Shown piece by piece: positions 53,068 to 64,000 of a stretch of DNA of 64,000 nucleotides. The stretch lies in assembly GCA_050084985.1 (NCBI GenBank), contig JBITNC010000001.1:164796001-164860000 (forward strand). The letters run 5' to 3'. Positions within the stretch are counted from its first letter, which is position 1. Each line of letters opens with the position of its first letter. The DNA is from Nageia nagi. Its lineage: Eukaryota > Plantae > Pinophyta. The position numbers and the translations under genes were made by a program. The notes under the pieces were generated by a model. That model was not told the origin of the DNA and did no database searches. It saw only the letters and a program-made list of their open reading frames with translations.

Positions 53068-55194
53068 CAAGGTTAATTGACAACACGTTCCCATCCCCTA
53101 TAGGAGGCATTCCCAACATTCCCTCGTTTTGGGAACATGGGAATGTCGAGTGGAATGTATTCTAGGCATTCATGTTTTTTGGTAAACAACCTAGGCATTC
53201 TTAGGAATGCCCCAGGGAAGAGGGGGTCATTCCCTCCTGGTGCCCCAATTGGGAACACCTAGGGGAACGTTCTATCGTTCTTGAGAGTGATCGGAGAGCG
53301 GCTAGTTGTTCTTCAACCGCTTGAACGACCAGACATACCCCCTTGGATTCGGCAGCCAACCTCAAGTAAAAAAAGCTCAAAATTAAAAATAAAAAGGCCC
53401 AAATTAGAATGGGGTGGTACCCACCAATGTCCCCACCCCATTGAACCCTAATAACAACTTGTATGCAAACATAGATCCATACTTCAGTAGAGGAGCAAGA
53501 TATGCTACCATAGAGCCATAGTTTTGATTTTGGCATTTTGCTACTTGACATATGTATGTCAACAGTCTACTTCTAGTCTATGTATTTAGTTTTACAAATT
53601 TACTACTATGATTTTAGTATTTATGATTTCACAATCACATCTATGATCTACAATTATGTACTAGAATGATTCAAACTTAATGACATTATGTCTTATGATC
53701 ATTGATTATGGTTCATACATGAATTTGGTATTCTAATTCATACTTGATTTCTAATTTCAGTTCCAAGTTTTATATATATGATTTAATTGATAATAATAAT
53801 GACTTTGAAACAATGAAATCTAAAAAATTCAAGAATTTTACTAGCATTATACTTCTCCTTCCCTTGTCATTCCTAGGGTATTCTCCAAAAATGAGCCTCC
53901 ATATCCCCGTTCCTCGGGCTTTTGTTGTGATGATCCAAAATAGATCTCAAGCAAATATCAGCAAATTCAATTACAATCAGACCAAACTATGGCCTCCAAT
54001 ATACAAATACAAACCCTACGATGCCAACATTGAGCTCCCACAAGCACTTTAACATCACACAAGCCAACAATGGGTCTTCCTAACACATACACACCCTTCA
54101 ATGCCAACGATGGGCCACATACAACCATACACAACACAATAATGCCCACAAAGCCAACATTTGGCCAACACATGCACAAATGCACCAAATGATGCCAAAA
54201 TAGGAATACAATATTGAAATCCAAAGTGCCTACAGCTTATATTATCATGAACGATGAGATACAATACATAAGTAAGCCCAAAGGGCTGACTTTAGCCTCT
54301 TGGGAGCTGAACTACGCCAGACAAACTATCTGATGATGCTGGATGTACAATGAGACAATAGCGCCTCCTCACGGTCTGATTCCTCCCCACCAAAGGGGCC
54401 CTCTGCAAATTTGGATAACCACTTGCGTGGTAGAGACTCCGCCTTGGATACTATCAAATGGGCAATGGTGCTCCACCAATGTCATAGATTTCCAAGATCC
54501 CTCAGCTTGACAATCCTCTTAGGTGCTCCACCTAAGGAATACACTCAACGCTCTGCTAAGGTTGTGTCCACCGAACGATATGTAAGAGTAGAAGTAATAA
54601 AAATCTAGTCCCCATCAATGGGGCTCCAAGCCTCCTTTATAGCCTTCTGGATCGCAGGATCTGGCCTCGAAGTCATCACCTAGATCCATGACCCCAATGT
54701 TAGCTTCTAGAGGGCTCAGGATGCCCAACGTGGGTGCCTAGAAGTCAGGCATGCCAATGTGGGTCTCCTGGGTGCCATAAATGCTCATGTTGGGTCCAAG
54801 GTGTGCCACCCATGCCCACATGGGTCAAGGGATCATGCATGGGGGCCTAGGTGTTAAGCTATCCCAACGTTGGACCTAGGAATCATCCCAAGGTTGGCGC
54901 TAGCACTTAAGTGCCTTATCCGGACCACAAGTTTACAAATTCGTCTTGGTATTCCCACAATCAATCCTTGGGATCTCCAAGCTCAATACAACATAAAAAC
55001 ACACTTAACTATACTTGGGAGGGAAATGTCCTACTAGGGGCTCATAAGTGGGGTCAATCACCCATTAAATCCTATCCCAAGTTTACATCCTGCCAATGAC
55101 AAAAATAAGACAAAAGGAACATTACTAAGATGTTCCAAACGAACATTATTAGTCTTTATTATAATACAAAAGGAACGTCAAATTTGTAACCTTA
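53068..55194. mobile_element. Non-autonomous hAT-like element interrupted near its end by a solo LTR
   Basis: Termini CAAGGTTA / TAACCTTA resemble the CAAGGTT TIR of the 23558 hAT. GTTCCC/GGGAAC subterminal repeats occur at both ends. The TSD lies in an A-run and is not clean. Confidence 0.6.
53926..55182 (-). mobile_element. Solo LTR (1257 bp)
   Basis: TGTGATGATCC...GGAACGTCAAA (terminal CA mutated) with a perfect TSD TTTGT; homologous to the 39680 LTR. Confidence 0.88.
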
Positions 55195-56487
55195 AAAAAT
55201 GTGCTATTTTATTTTGATTTGGACATAACAATGCACCACAACTACAAGCAACTGTGACAATGAAACAATACATGTTTTAAAATGCTAAAGAAATAAACAT
55301 AAATATAAGCATTGAAGGTTGTAACGCCTCTTTTTGTAAAATATAATTAATTATGGAATCCGACATATTCCCCTTTATAAATATTTATTTATTTAATTAT
55401 GCATTAGTTGTTAGTACTTGGGACAGATATTACAAAGGTTCGTTGGACCCCACTGTGAGCCCTAAGTGGGACTTCTTCCTCCCATGCGTAGGCTAGTATG
55501 ATTTAATGTTATTTTATATACTTGGAGATCTCAAGAATTGATTGTGGAAATCTCAAGGCTTATATAGCACCTAGATGTCACTTGAGCATGGATAAACACC
55601 TATTTGTCCCAACGTTGGATTTAGGAGCACTTGTACACATGCACCAGCCTTGGGGAGACTCCTAAACCCCCACGTTGGCCCATGATGACTCCTAGACACA
55701 TACGCATGCCCTATAGACCCATGTTGAGCATGTGAAGGGCCTAAATACCCATGTTGGGCTTGGATTGACCCCTAGGCACCTTCGTTGGACTTTGTGAGGC
55801 TTCTAGGAAGCCAACGTTGGAATACGAAGGCTGGGTGATGACTTTGAGATGAGATCCAGATGTAGTGTTAGCTATATTAGGCGTTGGAGCATCATTGTTG
55901 GATATACGTGATTATTATTATTTCTCCTAACATCTTGTGGACACAAGTCTTAACGTAGCATCAAGCAATCTCCCTAGATGCAGCATCGAGGAGGGTTAGC
56001 AAGCTGAGGGATCTTGCTAATCTATGGCTAAGGTGTAGCATCTTAGTCCATCCGGTGGTATTCCGAGGTCACACTTCTACCTTCAATGGTTCCCAGGCAT
56101 GGGAGTTTTGCAACAGAACATCCATGCTTGAGGGAGTGAGGTTGTCCCATCTATGTACCAACAATGATCACATTTGTATGTTTGTTGTGCCCTAGTTGGC
56201 TCCTTGGAGGCCAAGGTTGAGCCCTATGGGCTTGGTATTGTATCATTTGTCATTCTTCATCATTAATACAACTGTGGGCATCTTGGATCTCAATATTGTC
56301 TCTACGTTTGGTGTGTATGCTTACATTCTTGCAACGTTGGGCTACTTTATGTATTTATGCTTGTATGTGTGAGACGTTGGCATTGAGGGGTTGTTGTTTC
56401 TTGGATTTAATGCGCTAGTCCAGATGTGGGTGTATATTTGCTTGTTTTTGGTTATTTGCACTTGAGTTTGTATTTGGGATCTTACAA

Positions 56488-56499
56488 TGGTATCAGAGC
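56488..56499 (+). promoter_or_regulatory. Primer-binding site (tRNA-iMet)
   Basis: TGGTATCAGAGC 1 nt after the 5' LTR. Confidence 0.92.
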
Positions 56500-56520
56500 T
56501 TGGATCTGGCCAACCTGTAA

Positions 56521-58740
56521 ATGAGACCTCCAGTTCACAACTACTATACCAGATCTAGCACTAGGAGAGGGATGGCTTCGGCTAAGAAGAGTGGAAAGAT
56601 TCAACATGATGAAACCCTAGCCAAAGCCACTCAAGATGAGGATCGTAGGCCCTGGATGGATGACGTTCCAGATAGGGACACTTTTGGTGAAGAGAATGAG
56701 GTGGAAAGAGGCAGATCCACATTGGCCAGGAGAAGAAGCTCTACCACAGCTAGAGAATCTACACCAAAGAGGAGGTTCAATGAACTCATTTAGGCCATAC
56801 ATAATATGACGAGTGTGATGACCACCATGCAGAAGCAAATGACCGTCATCAATAAATTCGTTGGAGGCCAATAAGCTCCAAAAAGGCATGTGAGCCCTCC
56901 ACGTCCCACTCCAGATGAAGAACAGCCAAGGGAGGAGGATAGAATGGAGAAGGAGCCGAGTTTGAGGAGATCACACACCCTAAGAGATAGAGGGTCCACT
57001 CATCACGGATCCATTGGTCACTAAGAGCATGCATTTTTGAGGTACCATTATCACAAAGCTCTATAGGGAACTAACCCTCTCCTAGGGAGGTTCCTAGAAG
57101 AGGACGTTGGGAAGATAAGAGAGCAACCCATCATTCCCAAACCGTCCAAACCCATGTTCGCCAAGAGATCCACCAATGAGGTAAAGAATTGGATCCCTAA
57201 TCCTCTTGAGTTGAATCAGATCTTTAGGGAGTCTTCCATGTTAGATCCAGGATTGAGGAGGGATATGAATTTCAAATGCTATCTGGAGATCTTGGGGTTA
57301 AAAGGAAGTAACTCTCATGGCACACACTCCCAAAGCAATTCATGGGGTGACAAGAGAGAATTGCAACAGAAGATCAACAAAATGCATGTGCCCATGTATG
57401 ATTACAAGAAGATGATGGAGGGATATGAATTTCAAATGCTATCTAGAGATCTTGGGGTTAAAGGGAAGTAGCTCTCATGGCACACACTCCCAAAGCAGTT
57501 CGTGAAGTGATAAGAGAGAATTATAGTAGAAGATCAACAAAATGCAAATGCCCATGTATGATGGCAAGAAGATAATGGCTATGGCTTGGCTCCATTAGTT
57601 GCAAACCTACTTCACCTTAAGTCCGAACATGTTGGAGGAGGATGCAATTCATTTTGCATCGTTGCATTTTGAGGGAGATGCCCTCGAATGGTGGCAGCAT
57701 GGAGTAGTCAGTCAGGATTACTCCCACATTTCCTCTTTTGATGAGTTTGCTCGAAGGTTAGTAAAGCGATTTGACAGGAAGAGGGAAAATGACTACTTCA
57801 GGGAGTTAACATATCTGAAATAGCAGGGCATGATGGATGAGTATGTTTCGGAGTTCCAGAAAATTGTAGTCATGAACCACAATATCTTCGGGGAGAGATT
57901 GATCTTCCTCTTTGTAGAAGGGTTGATGGAACCTTTGCAAGGAATGGTGAAGGTATCAATTCCGTGAACCTTTGATGATGCAATTAGGGCCGCGATGCCC
58001 CTCAAGGGAGGACAAATGCACAAGGGGTAGGCTACTTGAAATACGGTTGCAAAGAAAGAAGGGCCTAGCAGGTTCAAACTCTTTCCCCCTCTTCGAATAG
58101 GCCAATTAGACGCATCTACTAGGAGGAAATTGAGAGAAGGAAAATGCTTTTACTGCAAGAAGACATGGGAGCTAGGACACCGTTGCCAAGGCAAAGGACA
58201 TGTACACTACATTGAGGTGTTTTTGGATGGAGAGGAGGACGATTTGGATCTAGATCTTGGTATGGATATGTTGGACCAAGAGGCACCCAAGGCAAAGGCA
58301 TCATTGGGAAGCATGATTGCTTCACTTCATGCGATGAAAAAATACCTCACATTGAAGGTGGTCAGGCAGGCAAGTGGCCAAGATGTGGTCTTAATCAACC
58401 CTGGAGCCTCTTACAATTTCATTGATGAAGGCTTTGTGGAGAAGAAGGGCCTCAAGACCAAGGGGTTCGAAGGATTCAAAGTTTTCAATGCCAATGGGAA
58501 ACTCACTTTGGTAGACCAAATCGTGGAGAGATTTGGTGTGCGATTGCAAAGCTACACAGTGATAGAAGACTTCTATGTATATCCTTTGAAGGGACACCTC
58601 ACATCATCTTGGACGTGAAATGGCTATTTGAATTGGGTGACATTCACACCAAATCTCGCCATGAGTTTTGATATTGATGGTAAGACCCACACTCTATAGG
58701 GAATCCAAGATGATTGCCCACATGTCACCAACAAGAGATT
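56521..58740 (+). pseudogene. gag + aspartic protease pseudogene
   Basis: Gag motif ASLHFEGDALEWW...F...LVKRF; knuckle LREGKCFYCKKTWELGHRC; protease LINPGASYNFI (canonical LIDSGA.HNFI, catalytic D to N). Many stops and frameshifts. Confidence 0.9.
57257..57577 (+). repeat. 160-bp tandem duplication in gag
   Basis: GGAGGGATATGAATTTCAAATGCTATCT... begins at both 57257 and 57417. Confidence 0.9.
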
Positions 58741-58779
58741 GGAGGTGATTGAGCAATGCCATAAAGGGAAGAAGAAAGA

Positions 58780-59310
58780 GGATGAGCCCACGTTGGACAT
58801 GGAAGGGCCTTGGCACCAGACACTGAGCAATGATGAGCTCTCACACCCCACGTTGGGCCTAGAATGGCTTAAAAACCCAACGTTAGACATGGAGGAGTTT
58901 TGGTACCCAATGTTGGGCCTGGAGAGGTTTGGGTATCCAACTATGGATATAGGGAAGTCTTGGCATCCACGTTGGACCTAGAGAAGGTTGGGCATCCAAC
59001 ATTGGACATGAAGGAGTCTTGGCATCCCACGTTGGACTTGGACAAGGTTGGGCATCCCATGTTGGACTTGGAGAAGGTTGGGCATCCCACGTTGGACATA
59101 AGGGAGTCTTATCATCCCACATTAGAATTGAAAGGACTTAGGCACCCAATGATGGACACAAAAGAGTCTTGGCACTTCTGGTTGAGTATGGAGGGGCCAC
59201 AACACCTCACGATGGGCCTAGAAGGAGTCTAGCACCCTGCGTTGGATATGAAGGAAAATTGGAGCAACACGTTGGAAACAGGAGTTTGGCACCCAACATT
59301 GAGCTTGGGA
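58780..59310 (+). repeat. 30-bp tandem repeat, about 18 units, encoding HPT(L/M)D decapeptides
   Basis: The core GGCATCCCACGTTGGAC recurs every 30 bp; translation ...KVGHPTLDMKESWHPTLDLDKVGHPMLD... Confidence 0.9.
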
Positions 59311-62300
59311 AAACCTTTGCAACAGCTATGGAGCAAATGCTCCACCTTTATCCACTCATGCTTGCTCTTCTTGATGTTGTTGCAGGTACATCTCTCAGGA
59401 GTCTTCCACATGATCACTATCACAACTGGATGCCAAATATGGATGTATGCATCAACATTTCTACATACAATCTTGTGTCTTCTGAGCATTGTTGCACCAA
59501 AATGTTTGCAGGCATTTTTGTGCTTAATGTAGATTGCCAGAGGCAAATTAAACCTCAACAGCATATCAGAGTTTTTGCATGCAACGTTGATTCATGAAAA
59601 GGAACCTTGACATTTTACACATGGAAACTTATTGAAGTTGCATTCCACTTCAGTAGATTGCAGTTGACAAAGCCAAAGGATTCTTGGGACTTAATATTTT
59701 GCGGCAATCTACAATTGCTTGAGGGCAAGCAATTTGAGAGGGGAGGCTTTGTAATGCCCCTTTTTGTAAAATATAATTAATTATGGAATCCTACGGATTC
59801 CCTTTGTAAATATTTATTTATTTAATTATGCATTAGTTGTTAGTACTTGGGATATAAATTATAAAGGTCCGTTGGACCCCACTATGAGCCCCAAGTGGGA
59901 CGTCTTCCTCCCAAGCATAGGCTAGCATGATTTAATGTTATTTTATATACTTGGAGATCCCAAGAATTGATTGTGGAAATCCCAAGGCTTGTATAGCACC
60001 TAGATGTCACTTGAGCATGGATAAACACCTATTTGCCCCAATGTTGGATTTGGGAGCAATTGTACACATGCACCAGCCTTGGGGAGACTCCTAGACCCCC
60101 ACGTTGTCCCATGATGACTCCTAGACACCCATGCATGCCCTCTAGACCCACATTGAGCATGTGAAGGGTCTAAATACCCATGTTGTGCTTGGATTGATGC
60201 CTAGGCACCTTCGTTGGGCTTTGTGAGGCTTCTACGAAGCCAACATTGGAATAGGAAGGTTGGGTGATGACTTTGAGGTGAGATCCAAATCTAGTGTGAG
60301 CTATATTAGGTATTGGAGCATCATTGCTATCGTCCAGTGGACATAATTCTTGGCGCAATGTCAAGCAATCTCCCTAGGTGCAGCATCTAGGAGGGTTAAC
60401 AGGTTGAGGGATCTTGCTAATCTATGGATAAGGTGTAGCATCTTAGTCCATTCGGTGGTATTTTGAGGTCACACTTCTACCTTCAGTGGTTCCCATGCGT
60501 GGGAGTTCTACAGCAGAGCATCTAGAATTGAGGGAGTAAGGCTTTCCCATCTGTGTACCAGCAGTGATCACATTTGTATGTTCTTTGTGCCTTAGTTGGC
60601 TCCTTAAAGGCCAACATTGAGCCTTGTGGGCTTGGTATTGTATCATTTGTCATTCTTCATCATTAATACAACCGTGGGCATCTTGGATCTCAATATTGTC
60701 TCTACGTTTGGTGTGTATGCTTCCATTCTTGCAACGTTGGGTTACTTTATGCATTTATGCTTGTATACGTGAGACGAACGCATTGAGGGGTTGTTTTTGC
60801 TTGGATTTGATGCTTTAGTCTAGACATGGGTGTATATTTGCTTGTTTTTGGTTATTTGCACTTGAGTTTGTATTTGGGATCTTACAAAGGTTTAAAGCCT
60901 CATTAGAACACTTATAAATATCCATATTAATATCCAATACAAGATAGATGATGAAGACTAGAAATAATCATATCAACATCTACTATGAATATGACAAAAT
61001 ATTATAATCACATCTGAAATCACCAAACTCAACTATGGAATGACATATGATCTTTTCAATGCCTCATATGAATATGCAAAGGAGATGCACATATCAATAG
61101 GGGTTTCCAGTTGAGGGGTTTAAAATTCCCTCTACAATATTTTATTTTTCACTATTAATTGGTATTTTTCTTTTATTTTGCATTTTTGCATGCCTAGGTC
61201 ATGGGAATGCTTACATGTCCTCGAGATGGGTGTGATCAGATGTTCTGTAGGTGCCTACACATCCTTGATAAGTTGGAGATGACATTTCAATATACCCCAA
61301 CATAGCAAAAATGTTTATATGACCATTGTCCTCACCTCAAAACTTGAACTATTTAGATGTATAAAATGCCCCAAAACCATTTCGGGATAGTCAAAAATTC
61401 TTAAAAAAGGGGGAACTTTCTCCATTTTTTTTTGCTGAAATATTCTCCAAGTATAGTATTAAAAAAATAATAATGCGAGTACTAGAGACCCAAAGGTAGT
61501 AGGGCATTTGTGAAGGGAGTTATGCAAGGCCTCAGGAATGTGGTTGAATGTAAGTAGTCAAGAGCATCCACGAACATATGGTCAAATTGAGAGGGTTGAT
61601 GAAGTGAAGAAAGACATGTCGAGAGCACTTATTGCTCCTAGGCAACATTTGTAAGAAGAAAGACATCTATTTGTGTGTTTTTCATACAACCATAGTAAGC
61701 ACTCAGCTATTGGAATGACTCAATTTGGAGCAATGTTTGTCTAAGATCCACTTATTCCCAAAGAGATTGATTTGCAAAATTTCAAAGGAAAAACCCAAGT
61801 CTCTTAGGGATGATACTAAAGATGCAACAAGAATTGAATATTTGTAAAACAATATTGAGAGAGCACATGCAAGAGCTAAATTGTATCATGACCAATGTCA
61901 TTCTTCACAAACTTATGAGATGGAGGATCAATGATACTTAAGATTCAAACCAAACATATCTCTATCTATTTCAAATTATTGAGAACATAAATGATGCTTC
62001 ATATAGATCAAAGTTTCAGAGGTTAATCATAAAGGTTTTCAGGAGGACGGAAGGGGGACAATTATCCTAATGCCTTAGGGTATAATGGTATTTGAAAATG
62101 AAATTTTATATAATATTATATGACCCACAAAAGTAATAGAAGAAACAATGACATTTTTTTTCCCATGAAGGACATGAAAGGACATAACAGTAATTGGAGG
62201 AGTTATCTTCTCCCAAAGAAAACAAAGCTAGGAAATCTCTCCATGAAGAAAAAATCCTAAGAACTATTGAACAGGTACTTTCGATAGTTTGTAGAATTTT

Positions 62301-62326
62301 TTTCAGATCTATTTGTGTTATATATT

Positions 62327-63360
62327 AAAAAGAAAGAAAATATATTAATGTCCATGGGTGACCAAGAGCGAACAATGGGATTGTGAGGTACAAATGTCTT
62401 AAACAACATGTAGGGCCCTAGATGGCCCTCACTAGAAGCAAACTACGAAAACAATACAAAAATGTAATAGAGTGACTTAGCCCTAAAAAGGAGTACATAA
62501 TTGAAAAATAAAACAAATTAGTCAGGGTTAGTCAGAGGGAGGACTCTCATCTAAACAACTTGACTAGGCTCCCCTTGGGCTATGTTAACTGTTCTCGCAT
62601 TGGTGTTGCTAGAGCTAAAGAGGATATGATTCACTAAGACCGTAGAGGAATAGGGTTGGCACACACTTACTGTTTGGTGTGTCAAGTAAGTGGAAGAGGG
62701 TCATATCTCCTCTTCCTACGAGCGACCTCCTCCGACGAAGCTTGAAAGAATGAAATAATTAGGCAATCACTTGTTGGGTGTTGGACGTTAGATAAGAGAT
62801 TTTTCTTGAGAATGAATGCCTCTCTAAGGTAGAGTGCCATACAATGCTAATTTGGGTATTGAAAGAAGATCGAGATCGAGCTGTGGGAGTCTTGAAAAAA
62901 ATAGTGGTATTGTCCCCGAATCTCATAATAAATAAACTAAGCACTTGAATATGAAATTGTCCTCAATCTTTGACTATACTGAGCACAATCGACAAACTTG
63001 ATGCTCATGTACTAAATGGTGATTAGTATCGATCTGTAGCTGGTAGAAGCAAACTTTGAACCATCCAAGGAACATCCCCATGCCAAGAGGGAGGTGTAAA
63101 TTGATATATCCAGGTGGACCTATCAACCCTCTATCAATCTATAAGAAGTGATGGGAGTATTGTAACAGCTTGGGTGTGAGGGTATGTTGGGGAGCGACCC
63201 AAGTGTATTAAATATATACCTTGTAAGTTGCATCTCTAATCGATGTCAATGTGTCATTTGGGTGTCTATGGTTTCTTTGAATAGATATGGTCATAGTTTT
63301 TTGAACTTAATGAAATCGTACAAAAGATGGCCGATATTGTATCTAGGCGGTTGCATCTCT
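62327..63360 (-). mobile_element. 5'-truncated LINE
   Basis: 3' motif at ~62350-62380 and a TTTC tail on the minus strand; decayed CCHC region at ~62900-63000; collinear with the other three copies. The 5' boundary is approximate. Confidence 0.82.
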
Positions 63361-64000
63361 ATTTGGAAAGGTAAGAATTCTTTCTTGGCCATACCTTGCT
63401 ACCAACTACTAAATGAAAGGATTAAGTTTGTAAACATGATTTATTGTACTGTTTTCATCATCCATATAGATACAATATTATCTTTATATAAAAACCTTAA
63501 TTGGTTTTCCTTATAAATTTAAATACATTTTATTATATGGCATAATTGTTCATGCATAGGACCCTTGATAAATTCTAGGTTGGCAACTCTAGGTTGGCAT
63601 GTGCTTGAGAAAAGGGGGAGATTAATAAGAAATTTTATAGTTGCAGGATGAAATGTCTTTTAAGTCACACTTACAAGTGCCTTTTAGCTAGTGTCCCTTA
63701 GAATTGGCCTCTTAATGACATCAAACTATATCATAATGCATTTGATTGGATTACATATGGATTTCCTTATACACTCATTGTAACATTAGTAGTAGATTAA
63801 ATTTTCAGATTTGTTCATGTAATTCTAAAATTTGTAGGAAAATAGGTGGTCAAGAATCCTAGGTAAGTTCAACAGCCATCATGGAAGGTGAATTGAAGTG
63901 TCACATGTCTTTTCCTTTATATGCATATTTTCGGATGTATTTTCCAATGTTTAAAGAGTTAACACAATATTGGTTTTCATAATCTCCATCCTAGCCTAAC

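Larger units (their letters stand above)
55320..60886 (+). mobile_element. Complete non-autonomous Ty3/gypsy (chromovirus-like) element; LTRs 55320-56486 and 59750-60886
   Basis: TG...CA LTR pair with a perfect TSD AAGGT. PBS at 56488; PPT GAGAGGGGAGG at 59736-59746. Gag and protease remnants are present but no RT/RH/INT. Confidence 0.96.

Noticed and set aside
61060-62326. Possible very decayed hAT remnant (GMTQFGAMF resembling G.TRF..F)
   Set aside because: A single weak motif with no TIR or TSD identified.
63838-63862. 25-nt AG...GTAAGT mini-exon candidate for the CAAX gene
   Set aside because: The translation (ENRWSRIL) does not match the expected next region of the family, and such splice-like pairs arise by chance.

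Overview
Eukaryotic, AT-rich, CpG-depleted DNA, almost certainly from a large land-plant genome. The TE types and intron scale suggest a non-flowering lineage such as a gymnosperm or fern (inference). The only convincing host-gene sequence is two spliced + strand exons (18119-18274, 18534-18752) of a plant CAAX-protease/CPBP-family gene. I found no catalytic last exon in the remaining 45 kb, so most of the window is probably giant TE-filled intron. Contents from left to right: (i) a minus-strand long LTR whose outer ~2.08 kb is amplified about six times in tandem, with an apparently corrupted 3 kb stretch inside; (ii) hAT remnants and a complete decayed hAT element with TIRs and TSD; (iii) a near full-length LINE (ORF1, AP endonuclease, RT, C-terminal CCHC; RTEX-like) spread over ~19 kb by nested insertions; (iv) inside it, an odd 5.3 kb LTR-derived unit bounded by ~210 bp inverted copies of the LTR 3' end, whose LTR carries an array of nine ~55 bp palindromes; (v) several solo LTRs with TSDs; (vi) four 5'-truncated LINE copies sharing a 3' stem-loop and a (TTTC)n tail; (vii) an intronless CYP71-clan P450 fragment abutting a Helitron-like 3' end; (viii) a short-LTR non-autonomous element; (ix) a complete non-autonomous Ty3/gypsy element in which RT/RH/INT are replaced by a frame-preserving 30-bp repeat. 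All coordinates and identities were read by eye; no database searches were run.
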